Shown: positions 20,065 through 28,393 of the stretch, in pieces
Numbering within the stretch: position 1 is the stretch's first letter
Layout of the letters: each line of letters starts with the position of its first letter
Origin: Myxococcales bacterium
GTDB taxonomy: Bacteria > Myxococcota_A > Polyangia > Polyangiales > Polyangiaceae
Assembly (NCBI GenBank): GCA_043747615.1
Contig: JAYTOU010000046.1
Span: 1-64,000, forward strand
Direction of reading: 5' to 3'
DNA length: 64,000 bases
Made by a program: the position numbers and the translations under genes
The notes under the pieces: model-generated
Told to the model about the DNA's origin: nothing
Databases searched by the model: none
Seen by the model: only the letters and a program-made list of their open reading frames with translations

Positions 20065-20466
20065 ATGAAACGCTCCTTGGCTTTGCTTGCCGCACTCGGG
20101 CTTTTCGCGTGCGCCACATCCATCGCGCCCCCGAATGACGGCGTGATCGTGGGGGGTGGCGCCGAGGCCGGCGACGACGGGAATCAATACGGCGGCAGTG
20201 ACAGCGGCAGCGACGCGGGCGATCCACTCGCCGATTCAGGGCAATCGCAGGACGCATCCGACACGGGAGCGGCCACCGACTCCGGAGTCGATACGGGCCC
20301 CGCGAGCGCGGCCGGAGTCTGCTCGAAGACCACCATCCAGAAGGCCGAATACGCTGCGGCTTTCATAGGTGGTGGCGCAGTGGACTGCTCCGGAGGCCCG
20401 TCGGCGTGCGCGACCGGCGAGTGCTGCTACCAAGGCAGCTTGTCGTCCTTGTGCGTCGGGCAGTAA
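20065..20466 (+). CDS. Small lipoprotein with D/S/G/T linker and 6-Cys C-terminal domain
   Basis: MKRSLALLAALGLFAC lipobox; C-terminal C..C-x6-C-x4-CC-x8-C. Confidence 0.75.
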   Translation: MKRSLALLAALGLFACATSIAPPNDGVIVGGGAEAGDDGNQYGGSDSGSDAGDPLADSGQSQDASDTGAATDSGVDTGPASAAGVCSKTTIQKAEYAAAFIGGGAVDCSGGPSACATGECCYQGSLSSLCVGQ

Positions 20467-20515
20467 ACCCCGTTTGCATGGCCTTCTGAGGCCAATCGCG
20501 TACGCTTGAGGGACC

Positions 20516-20947
20516 ATGCCGACGCGGCGTCACCTATCGATCTTCTTCGTGGGAGCCTTGGCGATCGCTGCGTGCGCCACCTCTGGCACTTCGAGCGAGG
20601 GGACCGGAACGGTCGGCGGCGGGGGACGCGTCGATAGTGGCGGCGACGGCACGACGCCCAACGGAGGCTCCGACGCCGGGGATCCGGGAACGGACGCGGG
20701 CATGATGACCATGAGCGACACGGGCATCGTCATCACGGACTCGAGCGCGACGGACACCGGCACGGTAACACCCGGACATATGGAGTGCCCGACCACGGAC
20801 GACGCGGGTGCCACCACGTATGCCTACGCCACCGAATACGCCACTCCGCCCCCCGGAGCGACAGCGTGCACGATGGGTGGCGCCGAGTGCCGCGCCTATG
20901 TCGAGTGCTGCTTCATCGACTTGTGCGTGAAGTACCCCGCACCGTAA
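20516..20947 (+). CDS. Small lipoprotein, probable paralog of 20065-20466
   Basis: ALAIAAC lipobox; same CATS mature start, DAG/DTG linker, EYA, C-x6-C-x5-CC-x4-C. Confidence 0.75.
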   Translation: MPTRRHLSIFFVGALAIAACATSGTSSEGTGTVGGGGRVDSGGDGTTPNGGSDAGDPGTDAGMMTMSDTGIVITDSSATDTGTVTPGHMECPTTDDAGATTYAYATEYATPPPGATACTMGGAECRAYVECCFIDLCVKYPAP

Positions 20948-20951
20948 AAAA

Positions 20952-21569
20952 CTACCGCTTGGCGCCTTGAAGGACCATGAGATGGAACTTCGAGAACTCG
21001 GTCTGCCCCAGCGTGAAAAGGACTTCGACGAGTAGACGGTACGGCGTGTCCTTGTCGGCGATGACGATGGCTTCGCTGCTGCTCGGGTCTTTGTGGGTAG
21101 CGGCGCGCACTTGTTTGTCGCGATCGCGCCAGCTCTGAAGCACGGTGCCGAGAGGAACGATGAAGAGATCGTTCGGCCCGCTACGCTTGTATTTGCCTTC
21201 GATTCCGTGCGTCGGATCCGCGGGCACCGGCACGACGATGTTGTCGCCGACCATGATGTGGCTCTTCGAGATGAGCACCGCCACGCCTTCTTGCGACGCT
21301 TCGGTGGTGAGAATGCTGGTCGGGATCGTGAGGTCGGTGGACTGCGGGATCGAGGCGGTCGACGCGCTCATCGTCTTCAGCAAGAAGACGAGAATGATGG
21401 TCATCATGTCCAACATCGCCGTGATGTTGAGGAAGTTGATCTCCGGCTCGACCTTGCGCCGTTTGATCTCTTGGCGAAGCAGGCGCTTGTACGTGGCCAT
21501 GCTCGCCGGCTTCTGACGCACCGACGCGGGGGCCGTAGAAACCGGCTGATTGGGAGGCTGCTGAGTCAT
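20952..21569 (-). CDS. ExbD/TolR family protein
   Basis: LNITAMLDMMTIILVFLL TM with conserved Asp; VIADKDTPY. Confidence 0.9.
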   Translation of the reverse strand: MTQQPPNQPVSTAPASVRQKPASMATYKRLLRQEIKRRKVEPEINFLNITAMLDMMTIILVFLLKTMSASTASIPQSTDLTIPTSILTTEASQEGVAVLISKSHIMVGDNIVVPVPADPTHGIEGKYKRSGPNDLFIVPLGTVLQSWRDRDKQVRAATHKDPSSSEAIVIADKDTPYRLLVEVLFTLGQTEFSKFHLMVLQGAKR

Positions 21570-21576
21570 CGTGGGC

Positions 21577-22146
21577 TCATCGTGCCAGACCGAAGTTTAC
21601 GTCGGGGAAGAGCTCGTCGCCGGTGACGTCGTCTTTACGAACGGCGTCGATCGTTCCGATAATCGCCGAGTACGGGATGTTCGGGTTCGCGCTGATGGTG
21701 ACCGAGTTCTCGTCTTTGAACTCGGGCGAGAGGCCTTTCAGCTTCTTCACGCACGCATTCAGGGTACGGAAATCGTAATCGAGCTTGCCATCCGCGTTCG
21801 TCGCCTTGCCGACCGCGAGCCCGGAGCCCGTGTCATTGCAGCCGGGGGCCACGTTGCCGCCGCGCGCCTTCACGCTGAATCCATCGGGCACGAGGAGGAT
21901 GGTGAGACCGAGCGTCGGTGTCGTCGGTGCACGGGATCCCGCGCCGCCCGCGCGAGGGGGGAAGGTGTCGATGGTCGCCGTGAACGTCACCGCGACGGTC
22001 GCCAGAACGAACATCAGCACGTTCATGATGATGTCGAGGAAGGGGACGATGTTGAGCTCGCCCGCTTCCTCTTCCGGCTCGACGTTCGACAGACGCCGGA
22101 TCTTGCTGCGTTGTGCCGCGCTTAGTTTTTCCGGTTCCTTGGCCAT
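21577..22146 (-). CDS. ExbD/TolR family protein
   Basis: ELNIVPFLDIIMNVLMFVL; ISANPNIPYSAIIGTID; LFPDV. Confidence 0.9.
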   Translation of the reverse strand: MAKEPEKLSAAQRSKIRRLSNVEPEEEAGELNIVPFLDIIMNVLMFVLATVAVTFTATIDTFPPRAGGAGSRAPTTPTLGLTILLVPDGFSVKARGGNVAPGCNDTGSGLAVGKATNADGKLDYDFRTLNACVKKLKGLSPEFKDENSVTISANPNIPYSAIIGTIDAVRKDDVTGDELFPDVNFGLAR

Positions 22147-22170
22147 GACGTGTGGTCGTGTCCGGAAGGA

Positions 22171-22866
22171 TCAGTAAGCGCCGGGTCGGGTCTGAATCGT
22201 GAGCAGGTTGAAGACCCGCTCCTGCGTGGCTTCGAGATCGTGAACGATGTTCTTGGCGCGCTGGTGGAGAACCAGGTGAGCGACCATGCAGAGAACGGCG
22301 ATGCCGAGACCGAAGGCCGTGTTGTACATGGCCTCTGCGATGCCGCTCGCGAGAATTTGCTGCTTTTTAGAAGCGGATATGCCCTCGGCGGCGACGGCTC
22401 CGAACGTGTGGATGAGGCCGTACACGGTTCCGAGGAGACCAACGAGAGTCGCGATGTTGGCGAGCGACCAGAGCGAGCCAACGCGCTTTTCGACTGCGGG
22501 CTTGAGCTCTCCCATCTTTTCGCTCATGGCGGCATCGATCTCGTCCGGGCCTTTGTTGGCGTGGGTGAGACCAGCCTTGACGAGCTGCAACGTCGGGTAA
22601 TCGCCGGCATCGCAAAGCTTGATGGCTCGGTCGATGTTGCCCGCCGTCACCAGCTTCTTGATCTGCGCAAAAAATTCTTTGCTGTTCACTCGGTATTTTC
22701 CGAGCTGAAATGCGCTGCGTTCGACGATTATCGCCACGACGATCGCGCTCACGACGATGTTGATCGAGAGGAAGGTCGGGTTCGTTCTGAACGCCTCCAT
22801 CAGGCCACTGCTGCCTGAACTCTCTGCCGCCGCCGCCTGCGCGCCTTCAAGAAGGACAACGAACAT
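22171..22866 (-). CDS. MotA/TolQ/ExbB proton channel protein
   Basis: IIVER, ANIATLVGLLGTVYGLIHTF, GIAEAMYNTAFGL; SD AAGGAG. Confidence 0.93.
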   Translation of the reverse strand: MFVVLLEGAQAAAAESSGSSGLMEAFRTNPTFLSINIVVSAIVVAIIVERSAFQLGKYRVNSKEFFAQIKKLVTAGNIDRAIKLCDAGDYPTLQLVKAGLTHANKGPDEIDAAMSEKMGELKPAVEKRVGSLWSLANIATLVGLLGTVYGLIHTFGAVAAEGISASKKQQILASGIAEAMYNTAFGLGIAVLCMVAHLVLHQRAKNIVHDLEATQERVFNLLTIQTRPGAY

Positions 22867-23408
22867 CCCCGATGCTCCTTTCGAAATCTGCTCGATTCAA
22901 CGATTGGTGAGTGCTTTGCGCTCCCGTACATAGCTGGGCGCGGCCACCGGGTGGTGTCGCTCCATCCGCGGCAGAAACACCGCTGATGTCCGGGGCTCGT
23001 GAGAGGAGCGGACGATAGCTCCTTGGGATCAGCGAAGTCAACGACGGTGCGGCAGAACGCGCAGGAGCTTCGACTATGCGGGCGCTGTAAAGTTCTCGCG
23101 AGGCGACAAAATCACAATCGGGAGCGAAATTCCGCCAAAGTTGGTTGACGCGGCCAAGTCCAACCTTGCATCTTGGGCCGCACCGCAACGCGCGGAGTGG
23201 GCAATAGGATGTTGCTTCTTATCCCGGCGTTCGGATAACGTTCCGGCCGCCGATTCCATAGGCAACCGCCGGGTAGGCAACGAGCTAACGAAGCTTCGCC
23301 GCATTCGCACACGCACACGCAGAAAAAATTTCGCCCCATACGAAAAGTACGCTGCCAGGGGCCACGCAGCGAGCGCATCTATCGGTCGCATCGAGGAGGA
23401 CAACGGAC

Positions 23409-24062
23409 ATGGCTGGTCTCTGGAAGCACTTTAAAGACGGTGGATGGGGAATGTACCTGATCCTTTTTTGGTCGATCGTGACCATCGGGATCATCATCGA
23501 GCGAGCGCTCTATCTGTACGGAGCGTCGATCAACAAAGACGTTTTCCTTGCCACGATGCAAAAATGCATTCTCGCAGGCGACGTCGCGAAGGCCGTGAAA
23601 ATGTGCTCGGCGGCGAACGCGCCCCTCGCGCGCATCGTTCAGGCCGGTCTCGTGAAGGTCAATCGCCCCGACGAAGAAGTGCAGGCGGCGATGGACGAAG
23701 CAGCTCTCCGCGAGATCCCGAAGATCGCGAAGCGCACCGGTTACCTCGCGCTCATGGCAAACCTTGCCATGCTCTCGGGGCTCCTCGGAACGGTGTCCGG
23801 GCTCATCACGAGCTTCGGCGCAGTCTCCGGTGAAAGCGTCGATCCCAGTCAGAAAGCCCGCATTCTCGCCGAAGGAATTTCCGAAGCCATGAACTGCACG
23901 GCCTTCGGTCTGATCATCGCGCTCATGGGCCTCATCGGCTACGCGATCCTCAACGGCAAGACGCAGGCACTGGAAGACGACATCAACGAGGCGAGCGTGC
24001 AAGTGCTCAACCTCGTCGTAACCAACCGTCAGAAGGTCAACCTCGGCGGCGTTCCCGCCTGA
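23409..24062 (+). CDS. aglR: MotA/TolQ/ExbB protein, AglR-like gliding motor subunit
   Basis: WGMY, ASINKD.FL, EEVQAAMDEAALRE.P.I..RTGYLA, GLLGTVSGLI, GISEAMNCT match my recollection of M. xanthus AglR; SD GAGGAGG. Confidence 0.8.
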   Translation: MAGLWKHFKDGGWGMYLILFWSIVTIGIIIERALYLYGASINKDVFLATMQKCILAGDVAKAVKMCSAANAPLARIVQAGLVKVNRPDEEVQAAMDEAALREIPKIAKRTGYLALMANLAMLSGLLGTVSGLITSFGAVSGESVDPSQKARILAEGISEAMNCTAFGLIIALMGLIGYAILNGKTQALEDDINEASVQVLNLVVTNRQKVNLGGVPA

Positions 24063-24159
24063 TGGACATGTGAGCCCGAGGCTCTTCACAAGAGAACCTC
24101 GGGCTCCATTTGCTTCGTGTTTTCAAGCTGTATTTAGCGTTGAAGTCTAGGAGAGAACC

Positions 24160-24732
24160 ATGGGCGGAGTATCGGTAGACGGACCGAAGGGCGGACGAAA
24201 GTCCCTCGACTCGGAGATCAACATGATCCCGATGATCGACCTTCTGATGGTGACCATCTCCTTCCTGCTCATCACCGCAGTTTGGTCGCACATGGCCCGC
24301 ATCAACGCCGATGCGCAGGTGCCAGGCCCCCCGAGGCCCGACGTCGAACAGGAAAAGATCGAGCCCGAGAAACAGCTCCACATCGAGATGCGCAGCGCGG
24401 AGAAATTCACGCTCGTCTGGAAGCAGGGAGCGACGGTCGTCAACTCGATCGACGTCCCGCGCAAAGACAATCTCCAGGTCGAGAACGGCGCGAAGCTCAT
24501 TCGCTTCCCCGAGCTCGCGGCCAAGATCACCGATGAGTGGAAGAATGTCGGGTCGCACCGCGATCCCAGCGACAAGAAGATCGATCAAGCGATCCTGCAC
24601 ACCGACAACGAGACTCCGTACGTTTACATCGTCGGAGTGATCGACGCGATCTATCAAACGCACCGCCCGCTCCAAACGGGCAGCAAGGTAGAGCAGGTCC
24701 CCGCGTTCAACGTCACGTTCTCGGTCAACTGA
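24160..24732 (+). CDS. aglQ: ExbD/TolR protein, AglQ-like
   Basis: KGGRKSLD.EINMIPMIDLLMVTISFLLITAVW with the conserved TM Asp; second gene of the triad. Confidence 0.72.
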   Translation: MGGVSVDGPKGGRKSLDSEINMIPMIDLLMVTISFLLITAVWSHMARINADAQVPGPPRPDVEQEKIEPEKQLHIEMRSAEKFTLVWKQGATVVNSIDVPRKDNLQVENGAKLIRFPELAAKITDEWKNVGSHRDPSDKKIDQAILHTDNETPYVYIVGVIDAIYQTHRPLQTGSKVEQVPAFNVTFSVN

Positions 24733-24774
24733 CAAGGCCCATGCCGCGCGGCGCCTGAGCGCCTGAAAGACATT

Positions 24775-25317
24775 ATGCCCGTTCAACAGCCTGGTCGTCG
24801 CCTCATGCACGCCATCCCGCTCGCCTTCGTCCAGAAGCGCGTGTCCGGCGGAAATCATCGTTCGACGAACGCGTCGTTGTCGCTCACTAGCATGATCGAC
24901 TTCCTCGTCGTCACCGTCGTTTTCCTCCTGATGACCTTCAGCGCGTCGGGTGAAGTGCCGGTCACCAAGGGGGTCAATCTCCCGAAGGCCGAGAACACGA
25001 TGGACATGATCGACGCACCGATCGTCGCCGTCACCGGCAGCTCGATCTTGGTAAACGGCAACGCAGCCGGCAACACCCGCGCGATCGAAGATTCCAAGCG
25101 TTTGCAGCGCGTCGACGAGCTCTTCAATCTCCTCAAGGGAATGCGCGAGACGTGGAAGCAAGCCCGGCCGGGTAAAGAGTTTCCGGGCGTGGTCGTGCTC
25201 CAGATCGATCAAGACGTCTCGGCGATCGTCGTGAAGAGCGTGTTCCAGACGGCCGCATTCGCCGGCTATCCGAACGTGAGCTTCATGACCAACTCGCTCC
25301 CGAAAACGGTCCACTGA
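24775..25317 (+). CDS. aglS: ExbD/TolR protein, AglS-like
   Basis: RSTNASLSLTSMIDFLVVTVVFLLMTFSASGE, LPKA, AGYPNVSF; third gene of the triad. Confidence 0.72.
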   Translation: MPVQQPGRRLMHAIPLAFVQKRVSGGNHRSTNASLSLTSMIDFLVVTVVFLLMTFSASGEVPVTKGVNLPKAENTMDMIDAPIVAVTGSSILVNGNAAGNTRAIEDSKRLQRVDELFNLLKGMRETWKQARPGKEFPGVVVLQIDQDVSAIVVKSVFQTAAFAGYPNVSFMTNSLPKTVH

Positions 25318-25369
25318 GCCGTCTGCTCCGTCTCCTGAGCGAAGCCGTAAAAAAAGAATCTAGGTCGCG

Positions 25370-26347
25370 TTGAAGACCGCTCCCGAGCCCAAGAAGAAGC
25401 CTGGTCTCGCGTCGATTCACGAGGGGCGCGAGCAGCGGGCCCGCGGCAGATACAGCAGGGCGACGCCGAATCTGCTCCTGATCTGCGTGGTGTCGATCGG
25501 CATCATCCTCTTCGGCTACCGATATTTTTCCGGAAAAAAGCTGGAAGACGACCAGGACGCCCTCCTCTCCAAGCAGCGCGCGGTGGAGAAGACAGTCGGC
25601 GCGGAGTGGGTTCCCCTCCGCGATCAGATCGAGAAGATCACCGTCGAGAGCGCAGACCATTTCGATGCCGACTTCGTCGACGCCGACGCTTCGAAATGGG
25701 ATTTCCGCTCCCTCCCCGGTCTCTATTTGCGCCTGCGGGTCGGCGACGCCAAAAACGTCGCGAGCGTTCGCAAGAACGCGCAGGATTCGCTCAAAGACAG
25801 CTTCGTGGGGTGCCTCTTACGCGAAACGAATGCTGCCGCAGCGCGCGGCGAGGCGGACTCGGGCGTCTTCGCGGAGCAGCCGTGGAACATGCGCACGGCC
25901 TACGCATCGACGCGGATCCTGACAGAAGCGTGGGTGAGCGACGTCAAAGCCTCGGACGACGATCTGCGCCTCCGCGTCTTCGTTCAACAGTACAAAAAGG
26001 CGGCAGACGAAGAAATTCCCCTCGCCATCCAGCTCATCAAAAAAGCACAGTTCTTCCTACTGGTGCTGGACGAAGACACCCTCGAAGCCGCTGCCAAAGC
26101 CGATGGCGGCGCGCTCAGCGAAGACGTTCTGCAGCTCGTCCCCCACGACGCGCGCGTCCGGATCGTGAACTTGCGAACGGGCAAAGACATCATCCGCGTG
26201 AGGCGTCGCGGCGAAGGATCCTTCGTCTCCGCGAGCGAGCATCAGCCCACCGATCCCGAGGTGCGAGACGCCATGCAGCGCAACGTGAACAACTGCGCGC
26301 TCGCTCAGCAAGTGCAGAGCGTGCTCGGCCTCGAAGCCCGCAAATAG
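25370..26347 (+). CDS. Hypothetical membrane-anchored protein
   Basis: Basic N-terminus, single TM (LLLICVVSIGIILFGY), about 270-aa extracytoplasmic part with two Cys; typical codon usage; TTG start uncertain. Confidence 0.65.
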   Translation: MKTAPEPKKKPGLASIHEGREQRARGRYSRATPNLLLICVVSIGIILFGYRYFSGKKLEDDQDALLSKQRAVEKTVGAEWVPLRDQIEKITVESADHFDADFVDADASKWDFRSLPGLYLRLRVGDAKNVASVRKNAQDSLKDSFVGCLLRETNAAAARGEADSGVFAEQPWNMRTAYASTRILTEAWVSDVKASDDDLRLRVFVQQYKKAADEEIPLAIQLIKKAQFFLLVLDEDTLEAAAKADGGALSEDVLQLVPHDARVRIVNLRTGKDIIRVRRRGEGSFVSASEHQPTDPEVRDAMQRNVNNCALAQQVQSVLGLEARK

Positions 26348-26373
26348 GCTCGCTTGGCGTGGTCGCACGGCGC

Positions 26374-27090
26374 TCACTTCGGGGCCGTGTCGCGTACGTC
26401 GACGACGTGCGCTCCGAAGAACTGGTGCCAAGCTACGGTGACCGTGAAGTAGAGCGAGCGATCGACGGGACCATCGAGACGACCGCCACCGAGCGCCGAA
26501 TCACTCCAGCGTGCACCTGCGTGAAGCGCAAGCCACGGACCGCTGGCGTGGCCGAGGATCGGCGTCTCCAGGCCGAAGCCGATCTGGAATCCAGGACGGG
26601 AACCGAAGGCTGCGCCCTGGGGCTCCGCAAAAAAAGCGCCGAGCTCGACGCCAAGGGAGTCGAGCGTCAAATCCGCGCGCGACGAGCCCCACTCGTGCCC
26701 TTCGAGCCACCGCCCCACGAAGAGCGGGCGCACCTCGAGGCCCGTGGAGAAGACACGCCGGGGATCCGTCCCCGAGCCCACGAGCGGGCCCTCTTCGTAC
26801 GTTGCGAACGCGCCGATGGTATCGATGTAACGGAGACGGAAATCCAGCGTGGCGCGCGGGCCGCGGGGAGCGATCGTCGCTCCGACGCCGAGCACGACAG
26901 ACAGGTCACCCTCGATGCGGCCGTACGTCGTGTCGACGAGCCCGCCATCGACTGCTCCTTTCTTGGGCGGATCGAGCTTCTGCACCGCCTCGGTGTTGCC
27001 TCGCGCCGTCTGGTACTTGTCCTGCGCGTCTTGCGCGCTGGCAGGAACGCTCACGGCGAGCACGAACGAGACGACGCGGCGGACAGTCAT
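26374..27090 (-). CDS. Hypothetical exported protein, probable small outer-membrane beta-barrel
   Basis: Signal peptide (VVSFVLAVSVPASA); alternating amphipathic strands (TGLEVRPLF, GVELGAFF, QIGFGLE, LALHAGARW, YFTVTVAWH). Confidence 0.6.
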   Translation of the reverse strand: MTVRRVVSFVLAVSVPASAQDAQDKYQTARGNTEAVQKLDPPKKGAVDGGLVDTTYGRIEGDLSVVLGVGATIAPRGPRATLDFRLRYIDTIGAFATYEEGPLVGSGTDPRRVFSTGLEVRPLFVGRWLEGHEWGSSRADLTLDSLGVELGAFFAEPQGAAFGSRPGFQIGFGLETPILGHASGPWLALHAGARWSDSALGGGRLDGPVDRSLYFTVTVAWHQFFGAHVVDVRDTAPK

Positions 27091-27103
27091 GAAACGCCTA
27101 TTT

Positions 27104-28393
27104 TTAGCCAACGATCGCTCGGGTCACGTCGTCCCGCAGCTCAGGGGCGATGATCAGGCGCACGCGCGAGAAGACTTGTCCCGCGAGACGCGAGAGGAGA
27201 AACGACACATCGCTCAACGGCCGCGCGGGGCCCTTCGCGAAAACCACGAAGAGAGGATCGGACTCCGCACCGAATGGCGTGTCGGTCGCCACGTCGAGCC
27301 CAACGTAGTAGTCGGGATCGAGCCCGCGGGACGTCGCGATTTCCCGGGCGGTGGCGTATGCCCTCTCGCGGCCGACGGGGCTAGCCTGCTCTCCGAAGAG
27401 CTCGAACGTCTTGAACAGAGCGCGATTGCGAACTCGGAGCGACAGATCGCTCAAGATCGGGTCACTCGATTTCTCCCAAGCGTGCATGGCTACGGCAAGG
27501 ACGCCGTCGTCGAGCTCGAGGTAATCGTGAAGCTCGATCGGCTCGCCGTGAGAGCCCATCTCGATCGCGCGGGGGGTGCTCGGAAGCCTCGTTCCGTCCA
27601 TGATCAACGTGGCGGCGCGGGCGAGGACTCGACGAATCATCCACTCGGCCGAACGCGTGGCCTTGTGCATGTACACCTGCTGGAACATGAAGAGGCGCGC
27701 GAGAAGAAATGCCTCGATCGCCGGAAGGCCCTTAGCGCCGTCAATGGCCAGGGACGGTGCGTCGCCTTCGGGACCAGGTGCGAAGCGTAGGCTTCGAAGG
27801 AGCCAGTCGAGATCGTAGACTCCGTAGCGAACGCCGGTGGCGTGCGCGTCGCGCAACAGATAGTCGCAGCGGTCCACATCGAAGGTGCCGCTGACCGCCT
27901 TCGCTAGATACGGCAGGGGATTTTCCCCGCGAACGAGGGCTGCGACGCGCTCGGGCATCGCGGGATCGAGCTCGGTCAGACACTTGTGAACGCCCGTCGA
28001 CGGATCGAGAACGATGCGTTCCGTCCACACTTCGTGGTCGAGCGTTCCGGGGATCGAGTCCTCGAAGAGATGGGAGAGCGGACCATGACCGACGTCGTGC
28101 AGGAGCGCGGCGGCGAGCGCGTCCTGGGCGCGATCGGTCGTGACCTGCTGCCAAAAAGGAAGCCCCCCTTGGATCGCCCGGAGTCGCGCGAGGAGAAGCT
28201 TCATGACGAACGCCGAGCCGACGGCGTGGGCGAAGCGCGAGTGCTCCGCTCCCGGAAAAGCGAGCGAGGTCACCCCCAGCTGACGCACGCGCCGCAGACG
28301 CTGCATCTCCGGAGTGTCCATGAGAAGCGTCACGGCGCGCTCTTCCTCGGCCTCGAACGCGACTAGGCCGTGCACCGGGTCACGTAAAATCAT
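27104..28393 (-). CDS. HD-domain phosphohydrolase, SAMHD1/COG1078-like
   Basis: RDPVHG, QRLRRVRQLG, FPGAEHSRFAH, ALLHDVGHGPLSH, DVDRCDYLLRD, MFQQVYMHK. Confidence 0.92.
   Translation of the reverse strand: MILRDPVHGLVAFEAEEERAVTLLMDTPEMQRLRRVRQLGVTSLAFPGAEHSRFAHAVGSAFVMKLLLARLRAIQGGLPFWQQVTTDRAQDALAAALLHDVGHGPLSHLFEDSIPGTLDHEVWTERIVLDPSTGVHKCLTELDPAMPERVAALVRGENPLPYLAKAVSGTFDVDRCDYLLRDAHATGVRYGVYDLDWLLRSLRFAPGPEGDAPSLAIDGAKGLPAIEAFLLARLFMFQQVYMHKATRSAEWMIRRVLARAATLIMDGTRLPSTPRAIEMGSHGEPIELHDYLELDDGVLAVAMHAWEKSSDPILSDLSLRVRNRALFKTFELFGEQASPVGRERAYATAREIATSRGLDPDYYVGLDVATDTPFGAESDPLFVVFAKGPARPLSDVSFLLSRLAGQVFSRVRLIIAPELRDDVTRAIVG

Noticed and set aside
22905..22930. GGGAGCGCAAAGC on the minus strand resembling a c-di-GMP-I riboswitch core
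   Set aside because: The upstream GCAAA/GAAA-tetraloop stem and the downstream P3 elements are missing.
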